IMG/VR virus record: IMGVR_UViG_3300034072_002212
Coordinates: 30,417 to 94,416 of that record
Reading direction: 5' to 3' (one strand)
DNA length: 64,000 bases
Source: a virus
Lineage: Duplodnaviria > Heunggongvirae > Uroviricota > Caudoviricetes
Position numbers and translations under genes: made by a program. Below the pieces are notes generated by a model, which did not search any database, was not told the DNA's origin, and was given only the letters and a program-made list of their open reading frames with translations. Each line of letters begins with the position of its first letter. The first letter of the stretch is position 1. This document shows positions 41,729 to 51,449 of the stretch, one piece after another.

Positions 41729-44056
41729 TTAGAGCTTGCAGGAGTCGCAGTCGTCTTCTGGTAGCTCTTCCATTGCTTCTTCAGCCTGGGCGTTCAGATC
41801 AGCCTTGTCAGCGGCCAAGGTAGCAATCGCTGCGGCGTCTTCCTGACCGTCATAGGTGTTGAAGTAATAGAGGTTCTTGCCGCCATACTTGTAGAACGTC
41901 AGCAGGTCCGTGATCATTTCCTTCATCGAGATCTCACGATCAGGATAGTGGTCAGGGTTGTAGCTGGTGTTCACCGATGCGCTCTGATCCAGATACTTCA
42001 AGAGCACGCAAGCAATCTTGAGGTAACCACGTGGGCTCTTCTGGTCCCACAGGAGCTCATACTTGTTCTTGAGCTTCTGAATCTCAGGCACAACCTGCTT
42101 GAGCACGCCGTGCTTAGACACCTTCTCCGACACGAGCGCGCGAACTGGCTCGATACCGTTGGTCGAGTTCGAGAGCTGCGCCGAGGTCTCTGCTGGCATG
42201 AGAGCCGTCAGGGTCGAGTTGCGGATACCAACCTTGAGCATCTTCTCACGGAGTTCACCCCATGGCATACGCTCCTGATGTGGAACCAGCTCATCCAGAT
42301 CACGCTTGTAGGTGTCGATGGGCAGGATACCGCGGCTATACTTGGTCTTGCTGACCTCTAGGCAAGCGCCCTTTTCTTCAGCGAGATCAACCGAAGCCTT
42401 GGTCAGGTAGTAGGAGAACGCTTCCGCGTATTCGTCCACCAGAGCCAGAGCAGAGTCATCATACTTGAGTCCATTCTTGGCCAGGAAGTAGGCCAGGTTG
42501 ATGATGCCAACACCAAGAGGACGGAACTCCTTGGTAGCGATTTCAGCGGCCTTCACAGGATAGTTCTGGTAGGTCAGGATTTCATCGAGGAAACGCACAA
42601 CCAGCTTGGCTGGCTTCTCGAAATCATGAGGCGTCTTAACGCGACCCCAGTTGAGTGCGCTGAGCGTGCAGAGCGAAATGCGACCCTCTGGATCGTCATA
42701 ATACTGCATTGGCACCGTTGGCAGCGTGATCTCCTGGCAGAGGTTGCTCTGAGTGATTGGAGCATATTCTGGGAGGTAGGAGCCGTGGGTGTTCGCGTGG
42801 TCGATGTTCATCAAGTAGATGCGACCAGTTTCCTTGCGCTCGGTCATAAAGGCGACGAAAACGTCGAGTGCCTTCATGGAGTGCTTACGGATTGAAGGAT
42901 CGTTCTCATACTTGACGTAGAGCTCGTCAAACTTGTCCTGGTCAGCGTAGAAAGCATCGAGGAGACCTGGAACGTCCTTGGGCGAGAAGAACGTGATGTC
43001 GCCACCGGTGACAAGACGCTGATACATCATGCGGTTAAACAGGAAGCTGTAGTCCAACTGACGAATGCGGTTGAACTCAGTGCCCTTGTTGTTCTTGAGC
43101 ACGATCAGCTCAGGGAACTCATAGTGCCACAGTGGGAAGTGGACGGTAGCAGCACCACCACGAACACCGCCCTGCGAGCAGCTCTTGACCGCAGTCTGGA
43201 ACCAACGAATGAATGGCAGAAGACCAGTGTGTTCTGCGTCACCCTTGCGAATCTTGGAACCAAGCGCACGGATGCGCCCCATGTCGATACCGAGACCAGC
43301 TTTCTGGCTGATATACTTGACGATCGCACCGTTGGTGGCGACAAGCGAATCCAAGGAGTCATCAGTGGAAATGGTAACGCACGAGCTGAACTGCTTCTGT
43401 GGCGTCCTCAGACCTGCCATGATGGGCGTGGGCAGGCTGATGTCGAACTGGCTGACCGCATCATAGAAATCCTTGATGTAGTCCATGCGCGTTTCCTTGG
43501 GATACGCCATGAAGCCAATCGCGCTGATCAGAACCAGAGCAATCTGTGGGGTCTCGAAGAACTGGTTGGTGACACGGTCCTTGACGAGGTACTTGCCGCG
43601 CCACTGTTCCATACCTGCGTAGGCAATTAGGTCGTCGCGCGAATGCTTGACGATCTTCTCAATCTTCTTCCAGTCTTCATCGTCGAAGTTGTCGAGCAAC
43701 TCCTGGGTGTAGTGACCAAGAGCAACGTTCTTCTCAACAACCTGCTTGACGGTCCAAGGCTCATAACGGCCATAGACTTCCTTGCGAAGCTGATAGCTTG
43801 CAAGACGCGAAGCAACGAACTGGTAATTGGGAGTGTCTTCGCTGATCAGTTCAGCGGCACTCTTGACCAGCAGTTCGTGGATCTTGGTAGAAAGGGTGCC
43901 GTCTTCAAGCTGAAGCTGAGCACGCAATTCGATTTCCGAGGGCGACACACCAGTGAGGTCTTCGCACGCCCAGAACACAACCTTATGGATTTTCTCGAGG
44001 TCCAAAGCCTCCTTGCGGCCGTCACGCTTGACGACCATAATCGGTGTGTTGCCCAT
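41729..44056 (-). CDS. nrdA: Ribonucleotide reductase large (alpha) subunit, class Ia with ATP cone
   Basis: ATP-cone VVKRDGRKEALDLEKIHKVV plus the catalytic core. The track ORF extends to 44104, but the ATG at 44056 has an AAGGA ribosome-binding site and follows a CTAAATAT motif. Confidence 0.9.
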   Translation of the reverse strand: MGNTPIMVVKRDGRKEALDLEKIHKVVFWACEDLTGVSPSEIELRAQLQLEDGTLSTKIHELLVKSAAELISEDTPNYQFVASRLASYQLRKEVYGRYEPWTVKQVVEKNVALGHYTQELLDNFDDEDWKKIEKIVKHSRDDLIAYAGMEQWRGKYLVKDRVTNQFFETPQIALVLISAIGFMAYPKETRMDYIKDFYDAVSQFDISLPTPIMAGLRTPQKQFSSCVTISTDDSLDSLVATNGAIVKYISQKAGLGIDMGRIRALGSKIRKGDAEHTGLLPFIRWFQTAVKSCSQGGVRGGAATVHFPLWHYEFPELIVLKNNKGTEFNRIRQLDYSFLFNRMMYQRLVTGGDITFFSPKDVPGLLDAFYADQDKFDELYVKYENDPSIRKHSMKALDVFVAFMTERKETGRIYLMNIDHANTHGSYLPEYAPITQSNLCQEITLPTVPMQYYDDPEGRISLCTLSALNWGRVKTPHDFEKPAKLVVRFLDEILTYQNYPVKAAEIATKEFRPLGVGIINLAYFLAKNGLKYDDSALALVDEYAEAFSYYLTKASVDLAEEKGACLEVSKTKYSRGILPIDTYKRDLDELVPHQERMPWGELREKMLKVGIRNSTLTALMPAETSAQLSNSTNGIEPVRALVSEKVSKHGVLKQVVPEIQKLKNKYELLWDQKSPRGYLKIACVLLKYLDQSASVNTSYNPDHYPDREISMKEMITDLLTFYKYGGKNLYYFNTYDGQEDAAAIATLAADKADLNAQAEEAMEELPEDDCDSCKL

Positions 44057-44087
44057 GTTTTTCCTTGTTCTCTTTATCGTAGGGCAG

Positions 44088-44095
44088 ATATTTAG
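44088..44095 (-). promoter_or_regulatory. Late-promoter-like CTAAATAT motif upstream of nrdA
   Basis: Minus strand reads GGACTCACTAAATATCTGCC...AAGGAAAAACATG. Confidence 0.4.
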
Positions 44096-44147
44096 TGAGT
44101 CCAATTTGGCATTCTCCAGGGCGTTAGAAGGCCCTGGTAGGTGCTAA

Positions 44148-44600
44148 TTAGACTTCCACGTGTCCCTGTTCGGGATCTACCTGGTAGCTAACCAAATATG
44201 CACAATCTGCCCGCTCAATGTCAAAATTCAGGACCTCTGCGTGAAGATAATTCAGGGCCCATTTGTTATCCACGAGCAACACCATGGTTTCCATGCTGGC
44301 ACTCTGGTTCCTCACATAGTGGAGGCGGAAACGCTGAGGAGCCCAACCCGCCATGATCAGGGTCTGCTCCATCAAGTAAGCCTTGGCGGTGTCATCAAAG
44401 TCACCCACGTTGAGCAACTCCCATGGACCAGGCCAGGAGGCGGTGTCATTATAATCCAAAACGTAGTTTGATGTTGGAGCCTGAGCGACCCAACGAGCTA
44501 CCATCTTGAGCTGTTCCATCTCCTCAAAAGCAGGCAGAGCGAGTCGGAACGTCCTCCACTCAGCGAGACGCTCGCTGGGAGGGAGTAGGAATGGATTCAT
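44148..44600 (-). CDS. Hypothetical protein (150 aa)
   Basis: ORF only. Confidence 0.45.
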   Translation of the reverse strand: MNPFLLPPSERLAEWRTFRLALPAFEEMEQLKMVARWVAQAPTSNYVLDYNDTASWPGPWELLNVGDFDDTAKAYLMEQTLIMAGWAPQRFRLHYVRNQSASMETMVLLVDNKWALNYLHAEVLNFDIERADCAYLVSYQVDPEQGHVEV

Positions 44601-44623
44601 GGAATTCTCCTAAGAGAAGATTA

Positions 44624-45262
44624 TCAGACTGAGGGGTTGGACCATTCACGTCCAGAGACGCTGAGGATAAACTCAGAACCGGCTGGGACGTCATTGAGGA
44701 ATGACAACCACGTTACACCGCTATCCAAGCCTTCATTGTCGAAACGAGTTAGCTTGAACTTGCCTGGACGAGAAGCATCACCGACGATGGTATCGAGGTA
44801 ATCCCTAGTCTCAGACCAACCCATAACGCTATGAGTCTTAACGGTTACAATACTCTGATCGGGATCAGTGGGATGAACACAAACCGACAGAGTACCAACA
44901 ACCTTAGTGGAACGGTTGTTCGCTGATAGCGCGAAATCATAAGTAGCAAAATCGCGCGAACTATGAGCGAAGAGAGGCACCACAGAAGACCACACACCAT
45001 TGCGTGGACAGCGTGCGCCCACAAGTGCACCATGGTAATAGACGTCACCCTTAATACCGCGCTGAACATCTAGTTCAGTGAGAATCTTGATGTTCTGATA
45101 GGGATAGGACTTACGGCCTGAAACCGCTGGATGATCCGATGCGCCGATGAAGACCTCACCGGTATCAGTCGTCATACCAATCTCGCCGTCAGCGAGTGCG
45201 TCAGGAAGCTCACCGCTAGTGCCCCTGCGATGCTGAATCCTGGAGATTTGATATACCGCCAT
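44624..45262 (-). CDS. Hypothetical protein (~212 aa)
   Basis: Track ORF begins with TTG at 45274. The ATG at 45262 follows GGAGGGCAGA and a CTAAATATAGG motif (45282-45290). Confidence 0.45.
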   Translation of the reverse strand: MAVYQISRIQHRRGTSGELPDALADGEIGMTTDTGEVFIGASDHPAVSGRKSYPYQNIKILTELDVQRGIKGDVYYHGALVGARCPRNGVWSSVVPLFAHSSRDFATYDFALSANNRSTKVVGTLSVCVHPTDPDQSIVTVKTHSVMGWSETRDYLDTIVGDASRPGKFKLTRFDNEGLDSGVTWLSFLNDVPAGSEFILSVSGREWSNPSV

Positions 45263-45281
45263 TCTGCCCTCCAAATTACCC

Positions 45282-45290
45282 TATATTTAG
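45282..45290 (-). promoter_or_regulatory. Late-promoter-like CTAAATATAG motif
   Basis: About 22 nt upstream of the ribosome-binding site of gene 44624..45262. Confidence 0.4.
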
Positions 45291-45334
45291 TGCTCAACTG
45301 TTGACTTTGGCGACAGACTTGCTACGTTAGTCCT

Positions 45335-45754
45335 ATGAGCGAGATCGAAGTTCCTCCGCGCGGCACGCGGGTAGAAGTCCTGACCCGTTATTCCCTCGAG
45401 TGGATGAACCAGTATCGGCGTCCAACCGTTGGTATTGTGGCCCACAGCAACCCCTGGGACAAACCAGGCACGTTCCGCCTAATTGGCGTCGACAACTGCT
45501 TGGGCGAGAGCGTCATCAACCTTGAGAACGTTGAATACCTCAAGGTTCTTGGCACTTCCAATGAGCCCAACAACCCAGAAGCCGCCAATATCCCAGATCC
45601 CAAGAAGGCCGAAACCTTCGAGATCAAGGGCAGCAAGGACAACGTCTATATCGTCACACTCGACGGAGATAAGTCGTCCTGTACCTGCCCCGCCGGCACC
45701 CATGGGCGCCAGTGTAAGCACGTCAAAGCTGCTCGGGAGATGCAGGCTTCGTGA
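45335..45754 (+). CDS. SWIM zinc-finger protein
   Basis: C-terminal CTCPAGTHGRQCKHV fits the SWIM CxC...CxH pattern. Confidence 0.45.
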   Translation: MSEIEVPPRGTRVEVLTRYSLEWMNQYRRPTVGIVAHSNPWDKPGTFRLIGVDNCLGESVINLENVEYLKVLGTSNEPNNPEAANIPDPKKAETFEIKGSKDNVYIVTLDGDKSSCTCPAGTHGRQCKHVKAAREMQAS

Positions 45755-46418
45755 AGAACTGATCCAGTCGGTCCATCCATTCTTGGACCGCCTTTTCAAA
45801 CTCTTCACCCTCGAATACATACTCCTGGAAGCTCAAGTCACGAGCAACCATAAAGATCACGCCCTTCTTGATGTTGGTGCCGAAGAGCTCGTTGTGAGCG
45901 AGCGCATAAGCGGCCAACTGACAAGCATAGTTGTTGATCTTGTCCTTGCTCTTCATCTTGTTTGTGGTCTTATAGTCCATGATCGCCGGCTCGCCCTTAT
46001 GGAGGCCAATCAAGTCGGCGGTGCCAGCATATAGACCTGGGAAGTAGAGCATCTCTTCCATGGCCCAGACTTCACTGACATTCACGAGACCGCGCTCGAT
46101 GATCGTGTCAGCCATGTTGCGCGCCATCTGACGAACAACATTGTTGCCACCAGGACGGTCGATGCCTTCCATCCAGTTTTCCAGATGAGTGTGCATCAGT
46201 GAGCCAAGACCAGTGGCTTCGTCGCGAATCTGATCCGCTTTCTTATCACCAACCCAAGCTCGCCACTCCAAGAGGCCAGTCTTGTCCTCTGTGGCTGAAA
46301 GAATCGTGGTTACGCTGGCATGAGGGATCTGCTGATCGCAGATATAGTGACGGGTTCCGTCCTCTTGCGTCACGCGCTCGAGGGTCGGATAGGTGAATTG
46401 TTTGTTGATTGGGATCAT
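45723..46418 (-). CDS. PD-(D/E)xK nuclease (RecB/YqaJ-like exonuclease fold)
   Basis: GTADLIGLH...EPAIMDYKTT (D...D/ExK) plus QLAAYALAH (QhxxY) motifs. Confidence 0.55.
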   Translation of the reverse strand: MIPINKQFTYPTLERVTQEDGTRHYICDQQIPHASVTTILSATEDKTGLLEWRAWVGDKKADQIRDEATGLGSLMHTHLENWMEGIDRPGGNNVVRQMARNMADTIIERGLVNVSEVWAMEEMLYFPGLYAGTADLIGLHKGEPAIMDYKTTNKMKSKDKINNYACQLAAYALAHNELFGTNIKKGVIFMVARDLSFQEYVFEGEEFEKAVQEWMDRLDQFFTKPASPEQL

Positions 46419-46487
46419 GTCTTTTTCTTTCAGCTATACGGATTCTGGGTACGTTTTGTCTATATCCGATCTAGCCCTGACATGGCT

Positions 46488-46512
46488 GGAGCGGGGATTA
46501 CCTCCCCGCTCC
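46488..46512 (-). terminator. Stable hairpin just downstream of the 546-aa gene (no U-tract)
   Basis: GGAGCGGGGA-ttacc-TCCCCGCTCC, 10-bp perfect stem. Lies 10 nt after the stop at 46522. Confidence 0.4.
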
Positions 46513-46521
46513 ATATTTACC

Positions 46522-48162
46522 TCAATTCATGTACTTGGTCTTGACGATCGTTTTTGGACGAGCAACCCTTTCACCACGAGCATCAGCGTTGAACTCATCA
46601 AGCGAGCCATACTCGAACTCGGCCTGTGCTTCCACTTCCTCGCTCAGGCTAACATCACCGTGAAGCTTGTGGCAAACTGCCTTGATAGCCTGGCGAACCG
46701 AAGCTTGTGGGTTCTGCTTGAGGGTCTCCTTGACTACGCGGAGAGTGTGAGCCAGCTGGCCCTGCGAAAGACGGGTTTCGGTAATCGTCTGTGCTTCTTC
46801 CTCAACTGCTTCCATGTAGGACTGAGTTAGGGCTTCTAGGCGGGCGCGGGTCTCATGAACGCTTGGGGTGCCCTTGTTCTCGTAGGTACCATGCCTTATG
46901 CCTGCGAGCTTGTCCATTTCCATGACCTGCTGCTGGAAGAATACCTCCTCAGTGGTTTCCTCTTCAACTACGTCTTCTTCCTCGACAGCTTCATAGAACT
47001 GACGATACTCACCAGTTGGCATGACATCGATACCCAGGACGTATGCGCCCTCAGCGATCTCAACTTCATGCTCACCAGCCGCGACCTTAGCTGCCAGAGC
47101 GCGTGCCTCACCATAGTTGGTGAAACCTTCTTGAACCAGCTGAACCTTGGTGCCAGCCGTTGCCCAGCTGGGGTTTTCAGCCGAGCCAATGTTTTCCATC
47201 ATCTGGGTGTGAACCACCACAGCAAAGTTGTTGGCCTCCATCACGGGCTCCTCTTCTAGTTCTTCTTGTTCAACAAAGGCGTGATCGTCAGATGCCACAT
47301 CACAAACATCAGACAAACCACCATCAAGTCCAAGCTCTTCCTCAAGATCTTCACAGAAGTTATCCTCCACATCGGTGAGGAGAGCGTCAGTCTCCATGAT
47401 ATAGTTTAGCGCACGGCTGCGGAACTCATCCTCATCCAGCTTACCCAGAGTGTGCATGTAGCTGGTGTTCAGATAGTGACCATATGCGCGGTTGAGAACG
47501 GTCTCAATGGGGAAACCCTCGTCCATTCCGCCCCACTCGAGGCACTCTAGGAGGTCACCCTTATCCAGGCTACCGGCAATATCGGAAAGGCCCTCAGACA
47601 AGCTCTCTGACACTCTACGAGCAACCATGAGGGGCGACTTAATACCCTGGGTGATCAAACCCTTCTTCTTGAATTCCTGATAGGTCTTCTCGTCGGTGAG
47701 CATCGCGTGACTCTTGCTGGCACTGTAAGCCGCGAGCTGGAAATGCTCCATGTCAAACTCAGTGCAGCCACCATACATCAGGTTAGGCTTGAAGGTGTAT
47801 TTCTTGAACGCCTTGATGGCTTCATGCTTGCTGGAATAGCCAAGCATAACCTTGTCCTCGTCAAAACGAGAACCATCAACGGTCAGCTGGTGCATGACGT
47901 AAACTTTGGCGTTGTGCTTGGGAGCCTTCCTCAGATAGCAATCGAGGTGCTCACCGTCTGGGCTATGCGTGCCCCTGATGTAGCCATAGTTGTCATCAAT
48001 CTTGTGAGACCACTCCTCGCCGGTCTTCTTGTTCTTGCCACGACGGTAACCGCCGGCAGGAACCTCGACACTGATGTCGAGACCTTCGAAGTGCATGCGA
48101 GAGTGGAGTTTGGCTTCGTTTAGCATCTTGAGGAAGTCCATTGTCACCAGAGAATCTCCCAA
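46522..48162 (-). CDS. Hypothetical protein (546 aa), acidic central region
   Basis: Long ORF. E/D-rich middle segment. No recognised domain. Confidence 0.5.
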   Translation of the reverse strand: MGDSLVTMDFLKMLNEAKLHSRMHFEGLDISVEVPAGGYRRGKNKKTGEEWSHKIDDNYGYIRGTHSPDGEHLDCYLRKAPKHNAKVYVMHQLTVDGSRFDEDKVMLGYSSKHEAIKAFKKYTFKPNLMYGGCTEFDMEHFQLAAYSASKSHAMLTDEKTYQEFKKKGLITQGIKSPLMVARRVSESLSEGLSDIAGSLDKGDLLECLEWGGMDEGFPIETVLNRAYGHYLNTSYMHTLGKLDEDEFRSRALNYIMETDALLTDVEDNFCEDLEEELGLDGGLSDVCDVASDDHAFVEQEELEEEPVMEANNFAVVVHTQMMENIGSAENPSWATAGTKVQLVQEGFTNYGEARALAAKVAAGEHEVEIAEGAYVLGIDVMPTGEYRQFYEAVEEEDVVEEETTEEVFFQQQVMEMDKLAGIRHGTYENKGTPSVHETRARLEALTQSYMEAVEEEAQTITETRLSQGQLAHTLRVVKETLKQNPQASVRQAIKAVCHKLHGDVSLSEEVEAQAEFEYGSLDEFNADARGERVARPKTIVKTKYMN

Positions 48163-48473
48163 AGGAAGGTGTTGCCCGTGCTGGTATTCTTCAGTGGCGT
48201 GACCTGATAGCCAAGATCCACGAAGTTCTTCTGCACGATATCGATCTGTTCCTTGAGAGAACGGTCATTGAAGTCCTCAAAGAGAACTTTGTAATAAGCA
48301 TGACTGCCCATGGCTAGAGGATTGGTCATCGGGCTGTTGGTAATGCGAACACTCAGGGCACCATCAGCGATCGCCGTGTAGATGGATTGCTCAATGGAGC
48401 GAATCTCGGCATGAATCGTTAGATTGTTACGTGAGCCGGCGCGGGCTTCTGCTGCGGTGGGGAAGGTGCTCAT
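48144..48473 (-). CDS. Hypothetical protein (109 aa)
   Basis: ORF only. Confidence 0.4.
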   Translation of the reverse strand: MSTFPTAAEARAGSRNNLTIHAEIRSIEQSIYTAIADGALSVRITNSPMTNPLAMGSHAYYKVLFEDFNDRSLKEQIDIVQKNFVDLGYQVTPLKNTSTGNTFLWEILW

Positions 48474-48835
48474 TCGGCGTTGTTCCTCTCTACGGAACGC
48501 AGGGCTGCGCTACGGATCGCCTTGTCATCCTTCTCAGCCTGCTTCTGGTCAACCTGACGTCCAGCCGTTGGATTATCCCAGAACACCGTCATCTGGCCAG
48601 TCTCAGGATCGGGCTCAATCTTTATGCCCTTGACGCCCTGTAGAGCCTGGTTAACAAGATCCCCCTCAACATTGGTGCCGTCGAAGTCTGGGCTCTTGGA
48701 GATCTGATCAACAATCTGCTGAACTGTGATGCTGTCCATACCCTGAGCTTTGAGGGGAGCAATGATGTCCATAGCATAGCTCTTGGCTAGTTGGACAACG
48801 CTAATTTCCTCAGTGACGATTTCGTTCCAGCGCAT
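48470..48835 (-). CDS. Hypothetical protein (~121 aa)
   Basis: Track ORF 48470..49063. The first 76 codons lie in the alternate frame of the upstream gene's acidic tail; an ATG at 48835 is proposed. Confidence 0.4.
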   Translation of the reverse strand: MRWNEIVTEEISVVQLAKSYAMDIIAPLKAQGMDSITVQQIVDQISKSPDFDGTNVEGDLVNQALQGVKGIKIEPDPETGQMTVFWDNPTAGRQVDQKQAEKDDKAIRSAALRSVERNNAE

Positions 48836-48917
48836 GGGCGGCCTCCTAATTTCAGTGTATTTACCGCTTTCGCTCAGAGACGGCGATGCCCGGAGTTTCC
48901 TCCGGGCACCTTCGTTC

Positions 48918-51032
48918 TTACTTCTCGGAGTCGTCGCTGTCGGACTCTTCCTTGGGCTCTTCAGCCTTTGGCTCTTCCGACTTCTTCTCCCAGGGCTTAC
49001 CACCCTCTGGAGCCTTAGAACCAGCAACCTCGTCGGCCTTTGGCTCAGCAGCCTTCTCACCACCTTCGGTCTTTGCGGCCTTTGGTGCGGTCAGTGGCTT
49101 CAGCTTCTGGTAATCGGTCTGGAAAGGCTCACCCTTATACTGGCCCGCGGAATCAATTGGCCAGTGGGCAGCATTGATGTTCTCGTCTAGGCTTTCATCG
49201 ACATTATCACGAGTTCCGTGGACTTCGACATTGCCTTCATTACGTTCCAACCAAGCCATGAAAGAACGACCATCCTTGAAAGTCTTACGCCAAGGGCGGC
49301 TCTTTAGACCAGCCACACCATAAGCCTCAACTTTGCCAGTCCAGCCACCGTTTGGATCTTCCTCTCCAAAGGATTCATTGGTTTCATCACCAACCATTGC
49401 TGCCGCCTTCTGTGCGAACTCACCTGCGTTCTTTGGGTTCTCACCGTCCTGCTTCATCTTGTTCAGCATCTTGTTTGCTGCGCTACGCTCTGCGCCGTCC
49501 ATGCCGGCCATTGCGCTCTGAACACTCTTGGTACCTGCGTTCTTGTCAGCACCCATAACGCCGCTCATCTTGGCTAGAGCAGCATTACCGTTCTTCTTGT
49601 CCTGGCTGTTGAGCTCCAGGAACTCACGTAGCTTGCGGACTGAGAAAGCAGCTGGCTTCATGCCATACTCTGCGTGGAATGCTTCGAGAACCAGAGCCTC
49701 AACGTCAGTGTCACCTTCAACGAGGTTCTGACCAGCGAGGTAAGCAACCGCTTCCTTGACCGCCTTAGCAGCATTACCCTTGCCTTCGCGTGCGATCGAA
49801 GCTTCGATCAGCTGGGCAACGGCACGAGCAGCGAGAACGGTCTCATCAACCTTCTCTTCGCCCTTGCGCTTGCGTGCGTCCTTGCGAGCAATGTCCTTGC
49901 CCTTCTTGGACCAGTTGTCATCGTCTTCGTCGTTGGCCTTGTAGGACTTGCCTTCGTCAACCTTTTCGTCGTGCTTGCGCTTGCGAGCATCCTTGCGAGC
50001 GACGTCCTTGGACTTCTTATCTTCATATTCGTCGGCGTCATCGCCACGACGGAAAGTCTTGCCTTCGTCAACCTTCTCTTCCTTTTCACGGCGAGCAGAC
50101 TTACGAGCGATGTCCTTGCCCTTCTTCTCTTCATAGTCCTCGTCGCCCTTACGGAAGGTCTTACCCTCCTCGAGGTCAACAACCGAGAGATCAGGAGTTG
50201 CGGTATAGGTTGGTTCAGCGAGCTGAGCCATTGCTGCCATACCGTGCTTCTTCTTACCAATCCAGCCAGCGAGCTTCACTGGATCCTTTGCTGCCTTCTG
50301 AGCAACGCTGGTAGCAAAAGTGCGGAAGTGCTCTTCTGGCATACCTGCGGCTGCTTCTGCGAGCACCCAGGAGATCAGCGAATCAAGACCTTCGGTCTCA
50401 ATCAACTTCTGACCAGCTGCTTCGAGGATGATGGACTCGTTAAGAGCCTTACCGCCTTCACGCGATTCCTTACGTGCGCGACCCAGTGGTTCTGCGTCAG
50501 GTCCAGCGGCGGCATCAGCACCACCGAAGTCATCCATAGCAGCATCTAGATCAGCGCCGGCATCAGCTGACATCTCAGGAGCAGCGGCGGCCATATCAGT
50601 TGGCTCCGGAGCAGGAGAAGCACCAGCTGCCATATCATTGGCTGGCATCTTGCCTTCGAGGCGCAGGATGGCGTTGCCCATCTCGTCCTTGGCATGACGA
50701 ACAGTGTTCATTGCCTGGGTGATAACTTCCTGTGCGGAAGCCTCAAATGCGTGAGCGCCTTCCTGGCCGAACGAAGCCTTCATCTTGTCGACGAGTGGGA
50801 AGAGGTCCTGAGCGTTCATCTTGGCGAGATCTTCCGCCATGTTCTGAAGCTTATGCATCATGTCCTGGGCAGCGAGGATCAGCTCAGCCTGGTCCAGGTC
50901 GTTTTCGAGAAGGGTTGCCATGCCAGCTGGCTGGGCGGACTCTTCAAGCTTACGGACTTCCGCGAGACGAGCCTGCGTGCGAGCAAACTCCTCCTTGATA
51001 GCCTTAAGCCTTTCAATCTTGGTCTGTGTCAT
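48918..51032 (-). CDS. Large coiled-coil protein with three tandem 36-aa basic/acidic repeats and acidic C-terminus (704 aa)
   Basis: Repeats GKTFRKGDEDYEEKKGKDIARKSARREKEEKVDE / GKTFRRGDDADEYEDKKSKDVARKDARKRKHDEKVDE / GKSYKANDEDDDNWSKKGKDIARKDARKRKGEEKVDE. Tail EEPKAEEPKEESDSDDSEK. Confidence 0.55.
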   Translation of the reverse strand: MTQTKIERLKAIKEEFARTQARLAEVRKLEESAQPAGMATLLENDLDQAELILAAQDMMHKLQNMAEDLAKMNAQDLFPLVDKMKASFGQEGAHAFEASAQEVITQAMNTVRHAKDEMGNAILRLEGKMPANDMAAGASPAPEPTDMAAAAPEMSADAGADLDAAMDDFGGADAAAGPDAEPLGRARKESREGGKALNESIILEAAGQKLIETEGLDSLISWVLAEAAAGMPEEHFRTFATSVAQKAAKDPVKLAGWIGKKKHGMAAMAQLAEPTYTATPDLSVVDLEEGKTFRKGDEDYEEKKGKDIARKSARREKEEKVDEGKTFRRGDDADEYEDKKSKDVARKDARKRKHDEKVDEGKSYKANDEDDDNWSKKGKDIARKDARKRKGEEKVDETVLAARAVAQLIEASIAREGKGNAAKAVKEAVAYLAGQNLVEGDTDVEALVLEAFHAEYGMKPAAFSVRKLREFLELNSQDKKNGNAALAKMSGVMGADKNAGTKSVQSAMAGMDGAERSAANKMLNKMKQDGENPKNAGEFAQKAAAMVGDETNESFGEEDPNGGWTGKVEAYGVAGLKSRPWRKTFKDGRSFMAWLERNEGNVEVHGTRDNVDESLDENINAAHWPIDSAGQYKGEPFQTDYQKLKPLTAPKAAKTEGGEKAAEPKADEVAGSKAPEGGKPWEKKSEEPKAEEPKEESDSDDSEK
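49830..50180. repeat. Three ~108-bp direct tandem repeats (coding)
   Basis: Repeated DNA blocks (gccttcgtcaacctt... cgcttgcg...gcgatgtccttg...) correspond to the 36-aa protein repeats. Bounds are approximate. Confidence 0.5.
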
Positions 51033-51044
51033 GTGGTTTGCTCC

Positions 51045-51344
51045 TTAAGCGGAAGTCTTCTTGGTTCGCTTGATACGCTTGGGCGCAACTTCGCTGAGGA
51101 AGATATGGATAGCTTCCTGGATCAGGACAGCCTTGGTGTAAGCAGGATCATTGTTATAGGAGTTGTGTGACGACTCCTTGATAATCTTGCTGCGCTCAAG
51201 TCCATACATCTCATAGATGCTCTGGAGTTGAGCCAGGCTCTCGGCAGCATCAAAGTCAATCGTCAATCCGTAGAGTGACTCGAGAAGATTCAGAACCTTC
51301 GAAAGACGATAGCTTGCGCTGGTGTTGAGTTCACTAATGACCAT
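51045..51344 (-). CDS. Hypothetical protein (99 aa)
   Basis: ATG preceded by GGAAGGA and a CTAAATATG motif (51381-51387). Confidence 0.4.
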   Translation of the reverse strand: MVISELNTSASYRLSKVLNLLESLYGLTIDFDAAESLAQLQSIYEMYGLERSKIIKESSHNSYNNDPAYTKAVLIQEAIHIFLSEVAPKRIKRTKKTSA

Positions 51345-51380
51345 GGCATCCTTCCAGAATCATGCGCTGCGATAGTCTCA

Positions 51381-51387
51381 TATTTAG
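51381..51387 (-). promoter_or_regulatory. Late-promoter-like CTAAATA motif
   Basis: 37 nt upstream of the start of gene 51045..51344. Confidence 0.4.
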
Positions 51388-51449
51388 CGCGGACGTCATT
51401 CACTCAGCAGATAACGACTGGTAGTTAATTCTACCAGTCGTTTATCCTT

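Noticed and set aside
41729-44104. Inteins or introns in nrdA, the helicase or the topoisomerases
   Set aside because: Protein lengths are normal for the families. No HINT/LAGLIDADG blocks or frame disruptions seen.
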